From Takakia lepidozioides (lineage: Eukaryota; Plantae; Bryophyta), in NCBI GenBank assembly GCA_030704615.1, contig CM060731.1:13206001-13270000 (forward strand): 64,000 bases of DNA. The letters are read 5' to 3'. Made by a program: the position numbers and the translations under genes. Below are positions 62,451 to 64,000 of the stretch, in pieces (the first letter of the stretch is position 1; each line of letters starts with the position of its first letter). The notes below the pieces were generated by a model. The model was not told the origin of the DNA. It saw nothing but the letters and a program-made list of their open reading frames with translations, and did not search any database.

Positions 62451-63811
62451 ACATAGTGTGGCGCAGGAGACAAAAAAAAACGCCAAGTCCTAGCCCTCCT
62501 CTGTGTTCACAATTACCCTAATGGGCAACCTTATTAGCAACTTTTTGACTTTTTAACCTTTTGCACTTTGATTCATTCTAGGTCAGAGGCTAAATCCTGC
62601 TACCAGACTTGTCTAGAAAACCAAAACACACGTAGACAAATATTTGATAATGGTAATAAAATATATTACCATTGGGCTGGTTTGAACACTTGTTAGTAAA
62701 TTTAGGTTAGGATTTTTTTGAAATATTCTGGTTTTTTCTTTGATGTGTGAGATGACAAAGTCCAAGCATGTCACATAAACAAGGAGTTCAACGTAAGGAT
62801 GATGCAAGTGTTTTGTGGCAAAAAAAATGTAAATCATGCCTATGCATATTTGTCCTACTTGTGTCATAGGTTGCAACGGAACGGGGCCACCTTTGAATGC
62901 GATCCCATGCTCATTTCACCAAGGGCATTATAGACTTCATAATGTAGAGATTGAAAATGGGGTGTAGCAGGGGGTGATTCTTCACTTGCTAGTAGCCCAT
63001 CGTGCAGATTTCCAAACATGAACATGAAGTTCATAATCATTTTCCAAGGGCATCATTCTCAAACTCCCCATACACCACAATGTGGAAATTCTATGGTCAC
63101 ATTTCACACATGTGTGTAACATGCCATGTAAACTAAGCCAACTCCCGCCACGCTCATGGCTGTTTTCACACCGTTCTTGCCTCGGGTGTGGATCACATGT
63201 GAGACACCCCACAGTTAGGGCATATTTTGACCCACACCTTGGCTCACTCTACAGACCCGTGATAAAAGCCGTGGAATGTGCCAGGTGTGAGATGGCAGAG
63301 CCGTGGAAAAAGCCGGTTTCTCTTCTAGTGTAAGCTCTTTGAGCTTTCCAAGGACGTTGTAAAGTATCCTGACATTTGGGTCAGATGCCAATGCCAGCTG
63401 AAATACCAAAAATACCTTAAGATGATCCACTCTATTTCGCAGAAGAAAGACCATCATGTTAAACAAATCAAGCACTGGCAATATCGAGCAAAAGAGATTC
63501 TCGATGAAACAAATATTAGGCAGGTAGCACTGAGCATGGTAGATGAAGCTGATTTGGAGGCTGAAGTGGCTAAGGGCAAGTTGGAAGCACATTAAATGTC
63601 CTAGCAAAATCCGGTTAGGCATTAAACTTCCCTGAACGCGTCGGTCTGACAAAGGCGAGGACCTTAAGGATGGCCTGAAGGGCCTAGCTACCCTGGGTAA
63701 TTGGCTAATATTTAAACTCGGAGCGGGAAGACAAACCAGTCGTGTTCAAGAATTAAATCAATCAGTAAACCAATCAATCAACCAGTCGGGTTGAAGAAAT
63801 AAATCAAATTG

Positions 63812-64000
63812 CAGGAACTTGAAGGAAATCTTTATATATATATATATATTTAGATTGCTTTTATGATACATAGATGTAGCGTAGGTGTGTTGGTTAGTTT
63901 GTAGTGTCTTAGAAATATTATAACGTGGAGGTCTTAGGTTCAAGTATACGTTGTATGATATATGTAGAACAATGAACATATCGCCATTAGACAGAACCGG
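63812..64000 (+). repeat. Dispersed repeat homologous to 50357-50730, lacking the SINE
   Basis: GGAACTTGAA.GAAATCTT(TA)nTTTAGATTGCTTTT.TGATACATAGAT...GAACATATCGCCATT.GACAGAACCGG. Confidence 0.85.

Larger units (their letters stand above)
58052..63330 (+). mobile_element. Non-autonomous Pack-CACTA, 5.3 kb, same family as 7029-18667
   Basis: TIRs CACTAGACGAGAAACCGGCTTTTTCCAC and ...GAAAAAGCCGGTTTCTCTTCTAGTG. TSD TAA at 58049-58051 and 63331-63333. Both subterminal regions are nearly identical to those of the 11.6-kb element. Confidence 0.96.

Overview
Eukaryotic nuclear DNA from a plant, most likely a non-seed land plant such as a bryophyte. This is inferred from GT-AG introns, PLS-class PPR fragments, CACTA elements, a chromoviral Gypsy and a DNMT3-type domain. 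The window is mostly nested transposable elements around one intact host gene (C2-domain plus Pro/Tyr/Gly-rich protein, 5 coding exons, 37898-45145, about 719 aa) and a tRNA-Gly(GCC) gene. Left part: a chromodomain Ty3/Gypsy element (minus strand) and a full-length 11.6-kb CACTA (TSD CCA) both interrupt a piggyBac-like transposase gene. Top finding: a degenerate Ty3/Gypsy element at about 20.85-27.15 kb whose Pol carries a DNMT3-like C5 cytosine methyltransferase between protease and RT, plus a PHD finger after integrase. The ORF track misses it because stop codons split the domain. Right part: a possible beta-class amino-methyltransferase-like pseudogene cut by a CACTA, a CACTA TnpA-like ORF in frame with an FCP1/NIF phosphatase fragment, a Pack-CACTA (TSD TAA) with PPR fragments, tRNA-derived SINEs with TSDs, LINE remnants and palindromic repeat arrays. 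Domain calls come from by-eye motif recognition. Boundaries without a TIR or TSD are approximate.
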